Shown here: in pieces, positions 29,676 through 40,447 of the stretch
Layout of the letters: each line of letters begins with the position of its first letter
How positions within the stretch are numbered: position 1 is the stretch's first letter
Source of the DNA: an uncultured Candidatus Saccharibacteria bacterium
GTDB lineage: Bacteria; Patescibacteriota; Minisyncoccia; Phycocordibacterales; UBA9973
Assembly: GCA_964500465.1 (NCBI GenBank)
Contig: CAZCNB010000001.1
Span: 34,567-98,566 of the forward strand
DNA: 64,000 nt
Direction of reading: 5' to 3'
Program-made: the position numbers and the translations under genes
The notes under the pieces: generated by a model
Seen by the model: the letters and a program-made list of their open reading frames with translations, nothing else
Told to the model about the DNA's origin: nothing
The model's database searches: none

Positions 29676-30545
29676 ATGGAAAACCTTACAGATCAAAAAA
29701 TTAGAGATTTGGAAATAAAAGCAAATAATATTCGCGAAAGCATTATAGAAATGTTGCTTGAAGCAAAATCAGGTCACACTGCAGGTCCACTTGGTATGAC
29801 GGATATTTTTACATTACTTTATTTCCATGCATTAAAACATGATCCTAATAGACCAGATTGGAATGATAGAGACAGATTAGTACTTTCTAATGGTCATATA
29901 GCCCCTGTGTTGTACGCTACGATGGCTCATGCGGGTTACATGCCTATTAAAGAGCTCCAAACTCTACGTAAATTTGGTTCCAGACTTCAAGGTCACCCGC
30001 ATCGCGAATTCATGCCTTGGTTAGAAACCTCATCTGGCCCACTGGGTTCAGGACTCTCTCAAGCAGTCGGAATGGCTATTGCTGATAGAATAGACCATGG
30101 ACAAAGTACAGACAAAACTATTTACGCATTACTTTCAGACGGTGAACACAACGAAGGCAATACTTGGGAAGGTGTGATGCTTGCAGGAAAAGAAAAACTA
30201 AGAAATTTAATAGCAATTATCGATAGAAATAATATTCAAATAGACGGATACACTGAGGATATTATGCCACTTGGAGATATGACAAGAAAATACGAAGAAT
30301 TTGGATGGCATGCGCAAGAAATAGACGGACATAATTTTAGAGAGATAAATGATGCTATAAACAGAGCAAAGGCAGTATATGATAAACCATCAGTAATAGT
30401 TGCAAGAACAATTCCAGGTCGTGGGGTGAAAGAATTTGAAAGAGATTATCATTGGCATGGCAAGGCTCCAAATAAAGAAGAGGCTGAAATGGCATTGAAG
30501 GAATTGCGCACATTAGGAGGAAAGATTACAAGTGAACACGAATAA
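29676..30545 (+). CDS. Transketolase, N-terminal (TPP-binding) subunit
   Basis: SGHTAGPLGMTD, GHPH, GPLGSGLS, SDGEHNEG motifs; split tkt as in archaea/CPR. Confidence 0.9.
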   Translation: MENLTDQKIRDLEIKANNIRESIIEMLLEAKSGHTAGPLGMTDIFTLLYFHALKHDPNRPDWNDRDRLVLSNGHIAPVLYATMAHAGYMPIKELQTLRKFGSRLQGHPHREFMPWLETSSGPLGSGLSQAVGMAIADRIDHGQSTDKTIYALLSDGEHNEGNTWEGVMLAGKEKLRNLIAIIDRNNIQIDGYTEDIMPLGDMTRKYEEFGWHAQEIDGHNFREINDAINRAKAVYDKPSVIVARTIPGRGVKEFERDYHWHGKAPNKEEAEMALKELRTLGGKITSEHE

Positions 30546-30547
30546 AT

Positions 30548-30853
30548 ATGGAAAAAGTAGAAATATCAATACCAACAGCAGAAGAGTTTGTTGAGAATAT
30601 AAAAGAAACTAACGCAAAAGATATAAAAACTGAGTTCATTGGGCGTATTGTTTTGATTATAATTGCAGGCCTAGGACTGATATCAGTTCTTGCATGGGAT
30701 GAAGCAATAAAAGACTTGTATAGACATATTGTTGAGAACGCAGACTCACTTTCAGGAAAATTCGGTTATGCAATTTTGATAACTTTACTAGGTGTAATAA
30801 TATCAATAATCCTTGGAAGGATATTTATAAAACGTAAAACAAGTAATATTTAA
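30548..30853 (+). CDS. Small two-TM membrane protein inserted between transketolase halves
   Basis: ORF with 2 hydrophobic helices. Confidence 0.35.
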   Translation: MEKVEISIPTAEEFVENIKETNAKDIKTEFIGRIVLIIIAGLGLISVLAWDEAIKDLYRHIVENADSLSGKFGYAILITLLGVIISIILGRIFIKRKTSNI

Positions 30854-30854
30854 A

Positions 30855-31853
30855 ATGTTAAACGACAAATTTAAACTAAACCCAAAGATTTTTAATGACG
30901 ATGTAGAACAAATACCTATTCGCCAAGGTTTTGGTGATGGTTTACTTCAAGCTGGGATTGAAAATGAAGATATTGTGGCTCTGTGCGCAGATTTAACTGA
31001 ATCTACAAAAATGAATATGTTTGCCGAAAAATTTCCTAAAAGATTTATAGAGATAGGCGTTGCAGAGCAGAACCTCGCTACTGTTGCATCAGGCATGGCA
31101 GCTATGGGTAAAATACCTTTTATCTCTTCGTACGCAATGTTTTCGCCAGGAAGAAACTGGGAACAAATACGTACTACGATTTGCTACAACGATCGCCCTG
31201 TAAAGATAGCAGGGAGTCATGCTGGTATCTCTGTAGGACCAGATGGTGGTACACATCAAGCAATAGAAGACATAGCAATTACTCGTGTAATACCGAAAAT
31301 GGTAGTTATATCTCCGTGCGACAGCATAGAAGCAAAGAAGGCGACTCTTGCTTGCGCAAAAATAGTGAATCCCACATATCTACGTCTTGCTCGAGAAAAA
31401 ACTCCAGTAATAACAACTGAAGAAACACCATTTGAAATAGGTAAAGCTCAAATAGTATTTATACCAGAAAATGGTTTAGCTGAAGTTGGAATAATAGCAA
31501 CCGGAGCACTTCTGTATAAAGCACTAAAAGTTGCCAAAGAATTAGAAAAAAAGGGAACTAAAGTAAAAGTAATGAACTTATCTACAATTAAACCTCTAGA
31601 TAGCGAGGCAGTAGTAGCTCTTGCAAAAGAGACTAGATGTATAGTTGCAGTTGAAGAACATCAGGTAGCAGGTGGTATGGGTTCTGCAGTTGCTGAATGT
31701 TTAAGTGTTTATTATCCAACACCAATAGAATTTGTAGGTGTAAATGATGAATTTGGGCAATCAGGAACTCCAGATGAACTTATAGAAAGATATGGAATGG
31801 ATGAAGAAGGAATAAAAAAAGCAGTAGAGAAAGTTTTAAAGAGAAAGATTTAA
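30855..31853 (+). CDS. Transketolase, C-terminal (pyrimidine-binding) subunit
   Basis: IEIGVAEQNLATVASGMA, ISVGPDGGTHQAIEDIA motifs. Confidence 0.9.
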   Translation: MLNDKFKLNPKIFNDDVEQIPIRQGFGDGLLQAGIENEDIVALCADLTESTKMNMFAEKFPKRFIEIGVAEQNLATVASGMAAMGKIPFISSYAMFSPGRNWEQIRTTICYNDRPVKIAGSHAGISVGPDGGTHQAIEDIAITRVIPKMVVISPCDSIEAKKATLACAKIVNPTYLRLAREKTPVITTEETPFEIGKAQIVFIPENGLAEVGIIATGALLYKALKVAKELEKKGTKVKVMNLSTIKPLDSEAVVALAKETRCIVAVEEHQVAGGMGSAVAECLSVYYPTPIEFVGVNDEFGQSGTPDELIERYGMDEEGIKKAVEKVLKRKI

Positions 31854-31856
31854 TAT

Positions 31857-31890
31857 TAAAAAATTCCTTGGATTGCTCCAAGGAATTTTT
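31857..31890. terminator. Bidirectional intrinsic terminator
   Basis: aaaaattccttggattgctccaaggaattttt. Confidence 0.75.
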
Positions 31891-31905
31891 ATTTTCCTAA
31901 ATAGT

Positions 31906-32175
31906 TTAAGAATGCACTGACATTTTACTCTTTATTTCATTTATGATCTTTTCTTCTTCTTTAATTTCAAGTAAAACAGGGTTATTGACGTCAAGTTGTG
32001 TTATATGTTGATTAATCATTTGCTCTTCGCGATTTTCAGTATCTGATTTATCAATCAAATTTAAAGACAACTTACTTTTTAACTCTTCTACTTTTCTTAA
32101 ATGAAAACTAAGCTCATCAAGCAATGCATCAGTGATTTCTTTTTTTGTTTTTAATGTATCAGGTTTAAACATCAT
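31906..32175 (-). CDS. Hypothetical coiled-coil protein
   Basis: ORF co-directional and adjacent to PfkB kinase. Confidence 0.3.
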   Translation of the reverse strand: MMFKPDTLKTKKEITDALLDELSFHLRKVEELKSKLSLNLIDKSDTENREEQMINQHITQLDVNNPVLLEIKEEEKIINEIKSKMSVHS

Positions 32176-32182
32176 AAATGGG

Positions 32183-33175
32183 TTAGTTTATTTTTTTAAT
32201 AATATAATCTTGTGGTGCTTTTTGCAAATATTCTTCAATTTTCTCTGGTGTTAATAAGCCTTTTTGAGCGCCAATAAATTGAGTTACTGACATTGCGTTT
32301 ATTGGAGCCCAAGTTAGTGCTTCAGCTAAAGTTTTACCCATAGCTAAACATGAAGTTATTGTTGATTCATATGCATCACCAGCTCCTGTTCTCTCTATGG
32401 GAGTATGAGGATACACTGGCATAAACCACATATCGCCATTTTCTTCTCGAGCATAAGCACCTTTTATTCCATCAGTCATAACTATAATTTTCGGTCCAAG
32501 TGCGTGAAGCATGTCCATAAGTTTTTTAGGTTCTAATTCTTTAGAAACAAGTATTCTCTGAGCTTCCTCAAGGTTACAATAAAATATCTCTGTAAGTTCA
32601 TAAATATCTTTTAATTTTTCAGTTCCGAGTTTGATCTGGAAAGTTCCTGGTTGAAATGCAAGTTTTGTTTCTGGATGGGCTTTTAGCCATTCAGCTATTT
32701 CATGGTGGAATCCTTCTGTGTTTTCTCCAAGCGAAGAGAGGTAAATCCATTTCGGAGGTTTAATATCCTTGAAGTGTCTTTCAAATGGAGCATGATTAAC
32801 TAATATTGTTCTCTCTGGACCATACCAAAGTACATAATGATAGTTGGTAGGTAGTTTTGGATCTGTTTCTATGTAATCAAGACTCACATTATTTTCAGCA
32901 AGTGCTTTCATGCATTCTTTTCCATAATTATCATTACCAACTACTCCAGATAGAGCAGAATTAAGTCCTAATCTACTAGCAGAAACAGCAGCATTTGCAC
33001 TATTTCCAACAGCATAAATTATTTCATGAAATTCAAAAGGTACTTTATCTCCGAAACGCACGCAGAGTTTACAATTTTCTTGATCAAGATCACATGTAGC
33101 CTCAGCATCTTTAATTCTTATAAAATCATCTACAACCAAGTCGCCGATAGCTAAAAAATCGATTTGTTTATCCAT
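32183..33175 (-). CDS. PfkB-family carbohydrate/nucleoside kinase (ribokinase-like)
   Basis: N-terminal LAIGDLVVD and C-terminal GAGDAYESTI anion-hole motif. Confidence 0.8.
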   Translation of the reverse strand: MDKQIDFLAIGDLVVDDFIRIKDAEATCDLDQENCKLCVRFGDKVPFEFHEIIYAVGNSANAAVSASRLGLNSALSGVVGNDNYGKECMKALAENNVSLDYIETDPKLPTNYHYVLWYGPERTILVNHAPFERHFKDIKPPKWIYLSSLGENTEGFHHEIAEWLKAHPETKLAFQPGTFQIKLGTEKLKDIYELTEIFYCNLEEAQRILVSKELEPKKLMDMLHALGPKIIVMTDGIKGAYAREENGDMWFMPVYPHTPIERTGAGDAYESTITSCLAMGKTLAEALTWAPINAMSVTQFIGAQKGLLTPEKIEEYLQKAPQDYIIKKIN

Positions 33176-33214
33176 ACTACGTGGATTATATCACACTATG
33201 ATATAATCCTAAAT

Positions 33215-34081
33215 ATGAAAACACTGCGTGAAGTAATAAATGAAGCGTCCCAAAATGGTGTTGCTATTGGACATTTTAATATCTCAAATTTAGAAGGTCT
33301 ACATGGTATATATCAAGCCGCAAAAAAACTTGGGCTTCCAGTTATTATTGGTTTATCTGAAGGAGAAGAGAAGTTTGTTGGTCGCGAAGAAGCCGTTGCT
33401 CTAATACGTACAATAAGAGATAGGGACAACTATCCAATATATCTAAATGCCGACCATCACGGATCATATGAAAGTGTAAAAGCATGTATAGATGCTGGTT
33501 TTGATATGGCTATTATAGATTGCGCAAAATTACCATTTGAAGAAAATGTAAAAATAACTAAACAGTGTGTAGAGTATGCAAGAAATGTTACCAAAGAAAC
33601 TGGAAGAGATATTCTAATAGAAGCAGAGTTGGGATTTATCGGATCTGGTTCAGACATAAAAGATACAATACCAGAAGGAGCAGGAATACTTACTAATCCA
33701 GAGGATGCAAAAAAATATGTTGAACAAACTGGTATAGATATGTTTGCACCTTCAGTAGGCTCTATACATGGGCTTATCAAAAGTGGGAAGCCGCATATTG
33801 ATTCAGATCTAGTTGCTAAAATCAAAGAAGCAACAGGTGTTCCTCTTGTTCTCCATGGTGGTTCTGGACTTCGCAATGAAGATTTTACAAGTGCAATCGC
33901 TGCCGGAATTTCTGTTGTTCATATAAATTCTGAACTAAGACTTGCATATGAACAAGCTGTTGGAAATTTTATAAAAGAAAATCCTGAAGAAATTGTTCCT
34001 GCAAAGATTTTATCTGGTGCAGTAGATGCAATAGAGAAAATAGTAGAGGATAGATTAAAACTTTTTAACAATATTAAATAA
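33215..34081 (+). CDS. fba: Class II fructose/tagatose-bisphosphate aldolase
   Basis: GVAIGHFNISNLEG, HGGSG zinc-binding motifs; start moved to ATG 33215 (TATAAT at 33202-33207 just upstream). Confidence 0.85.
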   Translation: MKTLREVINEASQNGVAIGHFNISNLEGLHGIYQAAKKLGLPVIIGLSEGEEKFVGREEAVALIRTIRDRDNYPIYLNADHHGSYESVKACIDAGFDMAIIDCAKLPFEENVKITKQCVEYARNVTKETGRDILIEAELGFIGSGSDIKDTIPEGAGILTNPEDAKKYVEQTGIDMFAPSVGSIHGLIKSGKPHIDSDLVAKIKEATGVPLVLHGGSGLRNEDFTSAIAAGISVVHINSELRLAYEQAVGNFIKENPEEIVPAKILSGAVDAIEKIVEDRLKLFNNIK

Positions 34082-34082
34082 T

Positions 34083-34403
34083 ATGTATTATTGGCTTATA
34101 CCCTTATCATTTTTAGTCCTAAGTGAACTAGTTGCAGATATATTTGCAAAAGAATACTCATTAAAAGGACACAACTGGCTTTGGGTATGTGCAATTATAG
34201 GATATATATTTGCAAATATATTTTGGCTATCAGCAATTAAGAATGGTTCGGGTCTTGCTAGAGGCGCAATATTGTTTTCAATTTCATCAGCAGTTGTTGC
34301 TACGATCTTAGGAATTTTTATATATCATGAAAGTTTAAATAAAATTCAAATAATTGGTATTGTACTAGGTTTATTATCAATAACTTTAATTTTTTGGGAA
34401 TAA
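34083..34403 (+). CDS. Small 4-TM membrane protein (SMR/EamA-like)
   Basis: 106 aa, four hydrophobic helices. Confidence 0.4.
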   Translation: MYYWLIPLSFLVLSELVADIFAKEYSLKGHNWLWVCAIIGYIFANIFWLSAIKNGSGLARGAILFSISSAVVATILGIFIYHESLNKIQIIGIVLGLLSITLIFWE

Positions 34404-36133
34404 TTAATGCACATATGAAAGAAGAAATATTAAAATTTTTTAAAGGCGATGTGGAAGATAGCGATGAAATACTTTTAAAATATTCCAGAGATGCATCCTT
34501 GCTTGAAGTTAGACCAGAAATAGTTGTTTTCCCAAAAGACTCTGAAGATATAAAGGCTTTGGTTAAATGGGTTGGAGATAATAAAGATAAATATCCTAAA
34601 CTTGCATTAACATCTAGATCAGCTGGAACTTGTATGTCTGGCGGAGCAATTGGCGAGTCAATAATAGTGGACTTTACTCGTTACATGAATAGGATTGAAA
34701 AAATTGATAGAGTTAATCCTTTTGAAATAACTCCAAAGTTTGGAGGTGCACACGGAATTATTATATCTGGAGAAGCTATTGTTGAGCCTGGTTGTTATTA
34801 TAGAGATTTTGAACCTAAAACTTTGGAACAAGAGTTACTTTTACCCTGTTATACAGCTTCAAAAAGTCTGAACGCCATTGGTGGAATGGTTGGAAATAAT
34901 TCTGGAGGAGAGAAAACTCTAAACTATGGAAAAACGGAAGATTACATAAAAGAACTATGTGTTGTTTTTGCAGACGGTAGAGAATATATAGTTAAACCAC
35001 TAACAAAAAAAGAATTGTATGGAAAAATCGCCCAAGGTGATTTTGAAGGAGAAATATATAAAAATATTTTTGCTTTAATAAACGAAAACAAAATTGAAAT
35101 TAAAGGAGCAAAACCAAATGTATCTAAAAATTCTGCTGGTTATTACTTATGGAATGTATGGGATGAAGAAAAAGAAATTTTTGATTTAACCAAGCTAATA
35201 GTAGGTTCACAAGGAACATTAGGAATTGTTACTAAAATAACCCTCCATTTAGTTAATGTGAAAAAATCTTCAAAATTAGTAGCAATTTTCATGAAAGATA
35301 TAGAAAGACTTGGGGAGGTTGTAGATACAATCTTAGTTCATAAGCCAGAGAGCTTAGAATCTTACGACGATGCCACCATGAAACTCGCTATAAAGTTTTT
35401 CCCAGATTTTCTTAAGAAAAAAGGTTTTTGGGGAATGATAAAATTCATGTGGAGTTTTTGGCCTGAAGCTATAATGATGCTAACTTTTGGAATTCCAAAA
35501 TTAATTCTTTTAGTTGAATTTGCTGGTGATAATGAAAAAGAGATAGACAAGAACGCCAAAAAATTGTTACCTGACTTAAAAAAGTTTAATTTTAAAACAA
35601 GAGTGACCAAATCAGAATCTGAGTCTGAAAAGTACTGGGACATAAGGCGTGAAAGTTTTGCTCTATTACGTAAACATGTAAAAGATAAGCATACTGCACC
35701 ATTTATTGATGACATTATAGTTCGTCCAGAATTTTTGCCAGAATTTTTGCCAAAACTAAACAATATACTTAATAATTATCCTATAACATACACTATTGCA
35801 GGTCATGCTGGTAATGGAAATTTTCACATTATTCCACTTATGGATTTTGCCGATGAAAAAACTGCACCAATAATAGTAGATCTATCCAAAGAAGTATATG
35901 ACCTAGTCTTTGAATATAGAGGTTCAACTACGGGTGAACACAATGATGGAATAATCCGCTCACCATTTTTAACTCAAATGTTTGGAAATAAAATCTACTC
36001 ACTATTTGATAAAACAAAACAAATCTTTGATAACAAAAATATACTAAACCCAGGCAAAAAGATTGGTGGAAGTATAGATTATCTAAAATCTCATATTATT
36101 AAAGAATCTCATGAACATTCCCATAAAGTCTAA
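34394..36133 (+). CDS. FAD-linked oxidase (PCMH-type FAD-binding, GlcD/D-lactate dehydrogenase-like)
   Basis: LTSRSAGTCMSGGA FAD-binding region, C-terminal oxidase domain; true start may be the ATG at 34415. Confidence 0.65.
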   Translation: MGIINAHMKEEILKFFKGDVEDSDEILLKYSRDASLLEVRPEIVVFPKDSEDIKALVKWVGDNKDKYPKLALTSRSAGTCMSGGAIGESIIVDFTRYMNRIEKIDRVNPFEITPKFGGAHGIIISGEAIVEPGCYYRDFEPKTLEQELLLPCYTASKSLNAIGGMVGNNSGGEKTLNYGKTEDYIKELCVVFADGREYIVKPLTKKELYGKIAQGDFEGEIYKNIFALINENKIEIKGAKPNVSKNSAGYYLWNVWDEEKEIFDLTKLIVGSQGTLGIVTKITLHLVNVKKSSKLVAIFMKDIERLGEVVDTILVHKPESLESYDDATMKLAIKFFPDFLKKKGFWGMIKFMWSFWPEAIMMLTFGIPKLILLVEFAGDNEKEIDKNAKKLLPDLKKFNFKTRVTKSESESEKYWDIRRESFALLRKHVKDKHTAPFIDDIIVRPEFLPEFLPKLNNILNNYPITYTIAGHAGNGNFHIIPLMDFADEKTAPIIVDLSKEVYDLVFEYRGSTTGEHNDGIIRSPFLTQMFGNKIYSLFDKTKQIFDNKNILNPGKKIGGSIDYLKSHIIKESHEHSHKV

Positions 36134-36170
36134 TTTGTCAAAATAGCCATAATATGCTATTATTTCGGCT

Positions 36171-36818
36171 ATGCAAACATTAACATTAACCGCAAATAAG
36201 CGAAGTAAGGCAGACAGGCTAGAAGCTATACGAATTAAAGGTATGATTCCTGCTGTTGTCTATGGCGCTCGAGTGGAAAATACATCTATTTCCGTACCGA
36301 GTGTTTCTTTTGAAAAGACCTTAAAGATGGCCGGAGAATCAAGCACTATAGTTCTTGACCTTGAAGGCACAAAGATAGATGTACTTATTCATGACGTACA
36401 AGTTGATCCTATTAAAGGACATCCTATACATATCGATTTCTTAGCTGTAGATATGAACAAGCCGGTAGAAGTTCAAGTTCCCCTTGAATTTTCTGGTATA
36501 TCTCAAGCTGAAAAGGATGGACTCGGTACTTTAGTTAAGGTGATGCACGAAATTGAAATAAAAGCTCTTCCTAAAGATCTTCCTCACTCAATAATAGTTG
36601 ACATATCATCACTTGTTACATTATCAGATCAAATTCACGTAAAAGATCTAAAAGTAGCAAAAGAAATATCAATATTGACAGATGAAAATGAAGTAGTAGC
36701 ACTTGTAGCTGCCGCTAAAGCAGAGAAGGTTGAAGACGAAGCACCTGTTGATTTATCTAGTATTGAAGTTGAAAAGAAAGGTAAGAAAGAGGAAACAGAA
36801 CCTTCTGAAGAAAAATAA
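36171..36818 (+). CDS. rplY: Ribosomal protein bL25 (Ctc form)
   Basis: LTANKRSKADRLEAIRIKGMIPAVVYG typical L25 N-terminus plus acidic C-terminal extension. Confidence 0.85.
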   Translation: MQTLTLTANKRSKADRLEAIRIKGMIPAVVYGARVENTSISVPSVSFEKTLKMAGESSTIVLDLEGTKIDVLIHDVQVDPIKGHPIHIDFLAVDMNKPVEVQVPLEFSGISQAEKDGLGTLVKVMHEIEIKALPKDLPHSIIVDISSLVTLSDQIHVKDLKVAKEISILTDENEVVALVAAAKAEKVEDEAPVDLSSIEVEKKGKKEETEPSEEK

Positions 36819-36834
36819 TAATGAATTTAATATA

Positions 36835-36866
36835 AAAACCCTAGAGTCACAATCTAGGGTTTTTAT
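36835..36866 (+). terminator. Intrinsic terminator after rplY
   Basis: aaaaccctagagtcacaatctagggttttt. Confidence 0.75.
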
Positions 36867-36884
36867 ATGTTATAATATACAAGT

Positions 36885-38246
36885 ATGAAACGATTGATTC
36901 GGTATTATTTTCCTTTTATTCTGGTTTTTATATTTATATTTAGCCCATTAAGCAACAATATTGTTGAGGCAGACCAAGCACTACAAAATGCTCAAGCTGA
37001 TAAAGCTCGTCTTGAAAGCGAGTTAAGTGCGCTTGAACAAGAAATTGCTCAAAAACAACAAGAATTAGCTAGTCAGAAGGGTCAATCTGTATCACTATCA
37101 AGGGATATAGCTATTTTGACTACCCAAATTAAAAAATCAAAATTGGATATTCAAGCAAAAAATCTAATAATTAAAAAACTTGGAGGAGAAATAGTACAAA
37201 AAAACAAGAAAATAGAAACATTATCTACTAAAATAGAAACTGAGAAAGAAACACTTGCTCAATTAATAAGAAAAGACAGAGAAATAGACGAAAAGACAAT
37301 GGTTTCATTTTTATTATCAAAAGAAAATTTATCTCTTGCGTATGGAGATATAGGAGCTTTTGCTTCTCTAAAATCAGGAATTAAAAAATCTGTTGATGAA
37401 ATTAGAGGAGTAAAAAAAGAAACAGAAACTGAAAAGAAAAATTTAGAAATTAAGAAGAATCAAGAAACTGATGTTAAAGTAAAACTCGAAAAAGCAAAAC
37501 AAGAAGTTGAGGCAAGTGAAAAAAATAAACAGCAACTACTCTCAATAAGTAAAGATAAAGAAAAAGCCTATCAAAAAGTACTAGCAGACAAAGCAAAAAG
37601 ACGTTCAGAGATACTTGCTGTATTGTTCAATCTTCGTGATGCATCAGCAATTCCTTTCGGAAAAGCTCTAGAATTCGCAAAAGAAGCTTCTAAATCAACC
37701 GGTGTTGATGTAGCATTCATATTGGCAATAATTACCCAAGAAAGTAATCTTGGAACTGATCAAGGATCTTGTTATGTAACTGATATGAACACTGGTGTAG
37801 GCGTTAGTTCGAAGAGTAATAAAACATATAGAAATGTAATGAAACCAGGACGTGATACACCAATATTTATGGAAATAACTTTAGCTCTAGGTAGAGATCC
37901 TTATAAAACACTAGTATCTTGTCCTATCGCTTCAGCTGGAAGTTCAAGTTGGGGTGGAGCAATGGGACCTGCTCAATTCATACCATCTACTTGGAAAGGT
38001 ATGGCTAAAAAAGTAGCAAATGCACTGGGAATACAGACACCTGATCCATGGAACCCTAGAGATGCCTTTACAGCCTCAGCTATGTTCTTAGCAGATTTAG
38101 GGGGAAGTGGAGATAGTTATACTGGTCAAATAAGAGCTGCTTGTAAGTACTATGGTTCAGGTGGTTCGACATGCGCATATGGAAGACAAGTGATGGCTAA
38201 AGCTGCAAATATACAGAAAAATATGCTAGATCCTTTGCAAAATTAG
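36885..38246 (+). CDS. Secreted coiled-coil protein with C-terminal lytic-transglycosylase (SLT-like) domain
   Basis: Signal/TM, long coiled coil, AIITQESNLG (catalytic Glu-Ser) and MGPAQFIPSTW SLT motifs. Confidence 0.6.
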   Translation: MKRLIRYYFPFILVFIFIFSPLSNNIVEADQALQNAQADKARLESELSALEQEIAQKQQELASQKGQSVSLSRDIAILTTQIKKSKLDIQAKNLIIKKLGGEIVQKNKKIETLSTKIETEKETLAQLIRKDREIDEKTMVSFLLSKENLSLAYGDIGAFASLKSGIKKSVDEIRGVKKETETEKKNLEIKKNQETDVKVKLEKAKQEVEASEKNKQQLLSISKDKEKAYQKVLADKAKRRSEILAVLFNLRDASAIPFGKALEFAKEASKSTGVDVAFILAIITQESNLGTDQGSCYVTDMNTGVGVSSKSNKTYRNVMKPGRDTPIFMEITLALGRDPYKTLVSCPIASAGSSSWGGAMGPAQFIPSTWKGMAKKVANALGIQTPDPWNPRDAFTASAMFLADLGGSGDSYTGQIRAACKYYGSGGSTCAYGRQVMAKAANIQKNMLDPLQN

Positions 38247-38274
38247 AATATCTATGTTAGTATGACGAAACGTT

Positions 38275-38490
38275 ATGAAAAAAGACATTCACCCAAAATA
38301 CAACAACAATACAGCTGTCACTTGCGCTTGTGGAGCTAGTTTTACTGTAGGTTCAACTATGGACACTATGAACATTGAAATCTGCAGTCAATGTCACCCG
38401 TTTTACACAGGTAATGATAAGGTTCTGGATACTGCGGGACGTGTTGATCGATTTAAAAAGCGCGCAGCAGTTGCAAAAGCAAAGAAATAA
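38275..38490 (+). CDS. rpmE: Ribosomal protein bL31
   Basis: MKKDIHPKY...CxC...[10 protein letters not shown]. Confidence 0.9.
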   Translation: MKKDIHPKYNNNTAVTCACGASFTVGSTMDTMNIEICSQCHPFYTGNDKVLDTAGRVDRFKKRAAVAKAKK

Positions 38491-38537
38491 CTACAAAAAA
38501 TAAGGAACTAGTCTCGTATAGAGCTAGTTTTTTATTT

Positions 38538-39497
38538 TTGCTATATAATACAAATATGAATTTTGATTTAGAAGAATTAAAAAAAGATCATAAAACAAGT
38601 TATTTTGCAGGAGAATATGAAAGGCTTGTTGAAGAGGAGAGAAAAGTAAACGAAATGGTTGCACAAGATGAATCATTGCGTGATTTAGCTGATGAAGAAC
38701 TTCAAAATATTAGATTCCAAAAAGAAGCAATTGAAAGACAAATAGAAGAAATTCAAAAAGCAGATAAAGAAGAGGAAGAATTTCCAAACGAAATAATTCT
38801 TGAAGCACGTGCAGGAGCAGGGGGTGACGAAGCAGCACTTTTTGCAATTGAATTAGTTGATATGTATGAAAAATTTGCTGATATAAAAGGATGGAATAGT
38901 AAACATTTAGACGAGTATACACTTGAGATAAAGGGGAAGGATGTCTATAAGTTGCTTAGGTACGAAACTGGAGTCCATCGTGTTCAAAGAGTTCCTGCTA
39001 CTGAAAAGAATGGGCGTATTCATACTTCCACTGCTTCAATAGCTATTCTTCCGATAAGAAAGAAAAGTAAGATAGAGATAAATCCTGCTGATCTTGATAT
39101 GGAATATTCTCGTTCAGGTGGAGCTGGAGGACAAAATGTTAATAAAGTCGAGACGGCAGTAAGATTGATACATAAACCAACAGGTATTGATGTTCGTTCT
39201 ACGTCAGAGCGTAGTCAGCTTGGTAATCGTGAAAAAGCTATGAGTATTTTGATTGCGAAACTTCAAATGCTAAAGGATGAAGAGGAAGCAAAGAAATATT
39301 CAGGCGATAGAAAAGCTCAGATAGGCACAGCAGACCGCAGTGAAAAAATCCGTACATACAATTTCCCGCAAGATAGAGTTACTGACCATCGTATAAAACA
39401 GTCATGGTCAAATATACCAGGAATAATGCAAGGCAGAATAGATAAAATTATTGATGCTCTAGCATCAGGTGAGGTTGGAGACGCAGAGGAGGAATAA
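38538..39497 (+). CDS. prfA: Peptide chain release factor 1
   Basis: GGQ motif ([11 protein letters not shown]), RF1-type tripeptide [12 protein letters not shown]. Confidence 0.8.
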   Translation: MLYNTNMNFDLEELKKDHKTSYFAGEYERLVEEERKVNEMVAQDESLRDLADEELQNIRFQKEAIERQIEEIQKADKEEEEFPNEIILEARAGAGGDEAALFAIELVDMYEKFADIKGWNSKHLDEYTLEIKGKDVYKLLRYETGVHRVQRVPATEKNGRIHTSTASIAILPIRKKSKIEINPADLDMEYSRSGGAGGQNVNKVETAVRLIHKPTGIDVRSTSERSQLGNREKAMSILIAKLQMLKDEEEAKKYSGDRKAQIGTADRSEKIRTYNFPQDRVTDHRIKQSWSNIPGIMQGRIDKIIDALASGEVGDAEEE

Positions 39498-39676
39498 TTG
39501 CACATTTACAATATATGTGTTATTCTTTTCTCTAGTAGTTCTCACACGTTTTGGTTATTGTTTCATACGAATTGTTTCAAACATTGAGTATGTAAATGGA
39601 ATCAGGCTTCGAGCGATTACATTTATAAATTAGTTTTCTTCAAATAGAAGTATGTAAGTACTCTAGGAGAAGCACA

Positions 39677-39973
39677 TTGTCATATATGGCAAAAAAGTTA
39701 TACGTCGGAGGTCTTCCTTATAAGACGACTAACGATGAGCTCAAGGCACATTTTGAGCAAGCAGGTGCTGTTCTATCAGCAACTATTATCATGGATAAGA
39801 TGACTGGCCGCTCAAAAGGCTTCGGTTTCGTAGAAATGGAAAACGATGCAGATGCCGACAAAGCTATCTCAATGTTTGATGGCAAGGATTACGAAGGTCG
39901 TAACCTTACAGTGAACGAAGCTCGTCCAATGGAAGCACGCCCACAAAGTGGTGGTTTCCGTGGAAATAGATAA
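39677..39973 (+). CDS. RRM-type RNA-binding protein
   Basis: RNP2 KLYVGGL and RNP1 KGFGFVEM. Confidence 0.85.
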   Translation: MSYMAKKLYVGGLPYKTTNDELKAHFEQAGAVLSATIIMDKMTGRSKGFGFVEMENDADADKAISMFDGKDYEGRNLTVNEARPMEARPQSGGFRGNR

Positions 39974-39990
39974 TAATCTATCGCAATGTC

Positions 39991-40018
39991 AAAAATACCC
40001 CTAATAAGGGTATTTTTG
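39991..40018 (+). terminator. Intrinsic terminator
   Basis: aaaatacccctaataagggtattttt. Confidence 0.7.
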
Positions 40019-40095
40019 TTTGCAAAATAAAGCTTTTTTTGATATAGTTTGGGTGACGCTTAGTGAGCGCCTGTTTTTCGTTAAGCGAGCATTAT

Positions 40096-40168
40096 GCGTG
40101 TGTAGTTCAGTGGTAGAACGCTGTCCTGATAAGACAGAGGTCGAAAGTTCGATTCTTTCCACACGCAC
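40096..40168 (+). tRNA. tRNA-Ile (anticodon GAU)
   Basis: Manual fold: acceptor gcgtgtg/cacacgc, D-arm gttc agtggta gaac, anticodon stem ctgtc/gacag loop ctgataa, T-arm gaaag ttcgatt ctttc. Confidence 0.85.
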
Positions 40169-40192
40169 ACTTCATCTTAGTTATGAAGTAAT

Positions 40193-40447
40193 ATGGATAA
40201 AGACAAAAAAGAAATTTGGTGGCAACCTGCAATAGTTATGTTCGTCAAAGTTTCTGCTTGGGTAGCAATACCTATCATCTTGGCTTTATTTATTGGTAAA
40301 TATTTAGATAAAAAATACGAAACCTCGCCTTGGATATTTATAAGCGCAACCATAATAGCATTTACAATATCAATGATTGCACTTGGTAAAATATCAATAA
40401 ATTATATTCGTAAAATAGATAAAGATAAAAATGGAAAATCAGAATAA
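40193..40447 (+). CDS. ATP synthase protein I-like small membrane protein (AtpI/AtpZ)
   Basis: 2-TM 84 aa ORF immediately upstream of atpB. Confidence 0.5.
   Translation: MDKDKKEIWWQPAIVMFVKVSAWVAIPIILALFIGKYLDKKYETSPWIFISATIIAFTISMIALGKISINYIRKIDKDKNGKSE

Noticed and set aside
40020-40235. 71-aa ORF overlapping tRNA-Ile
   Set aside because: It spans a clean tRNA gene and its flanks; spurious.
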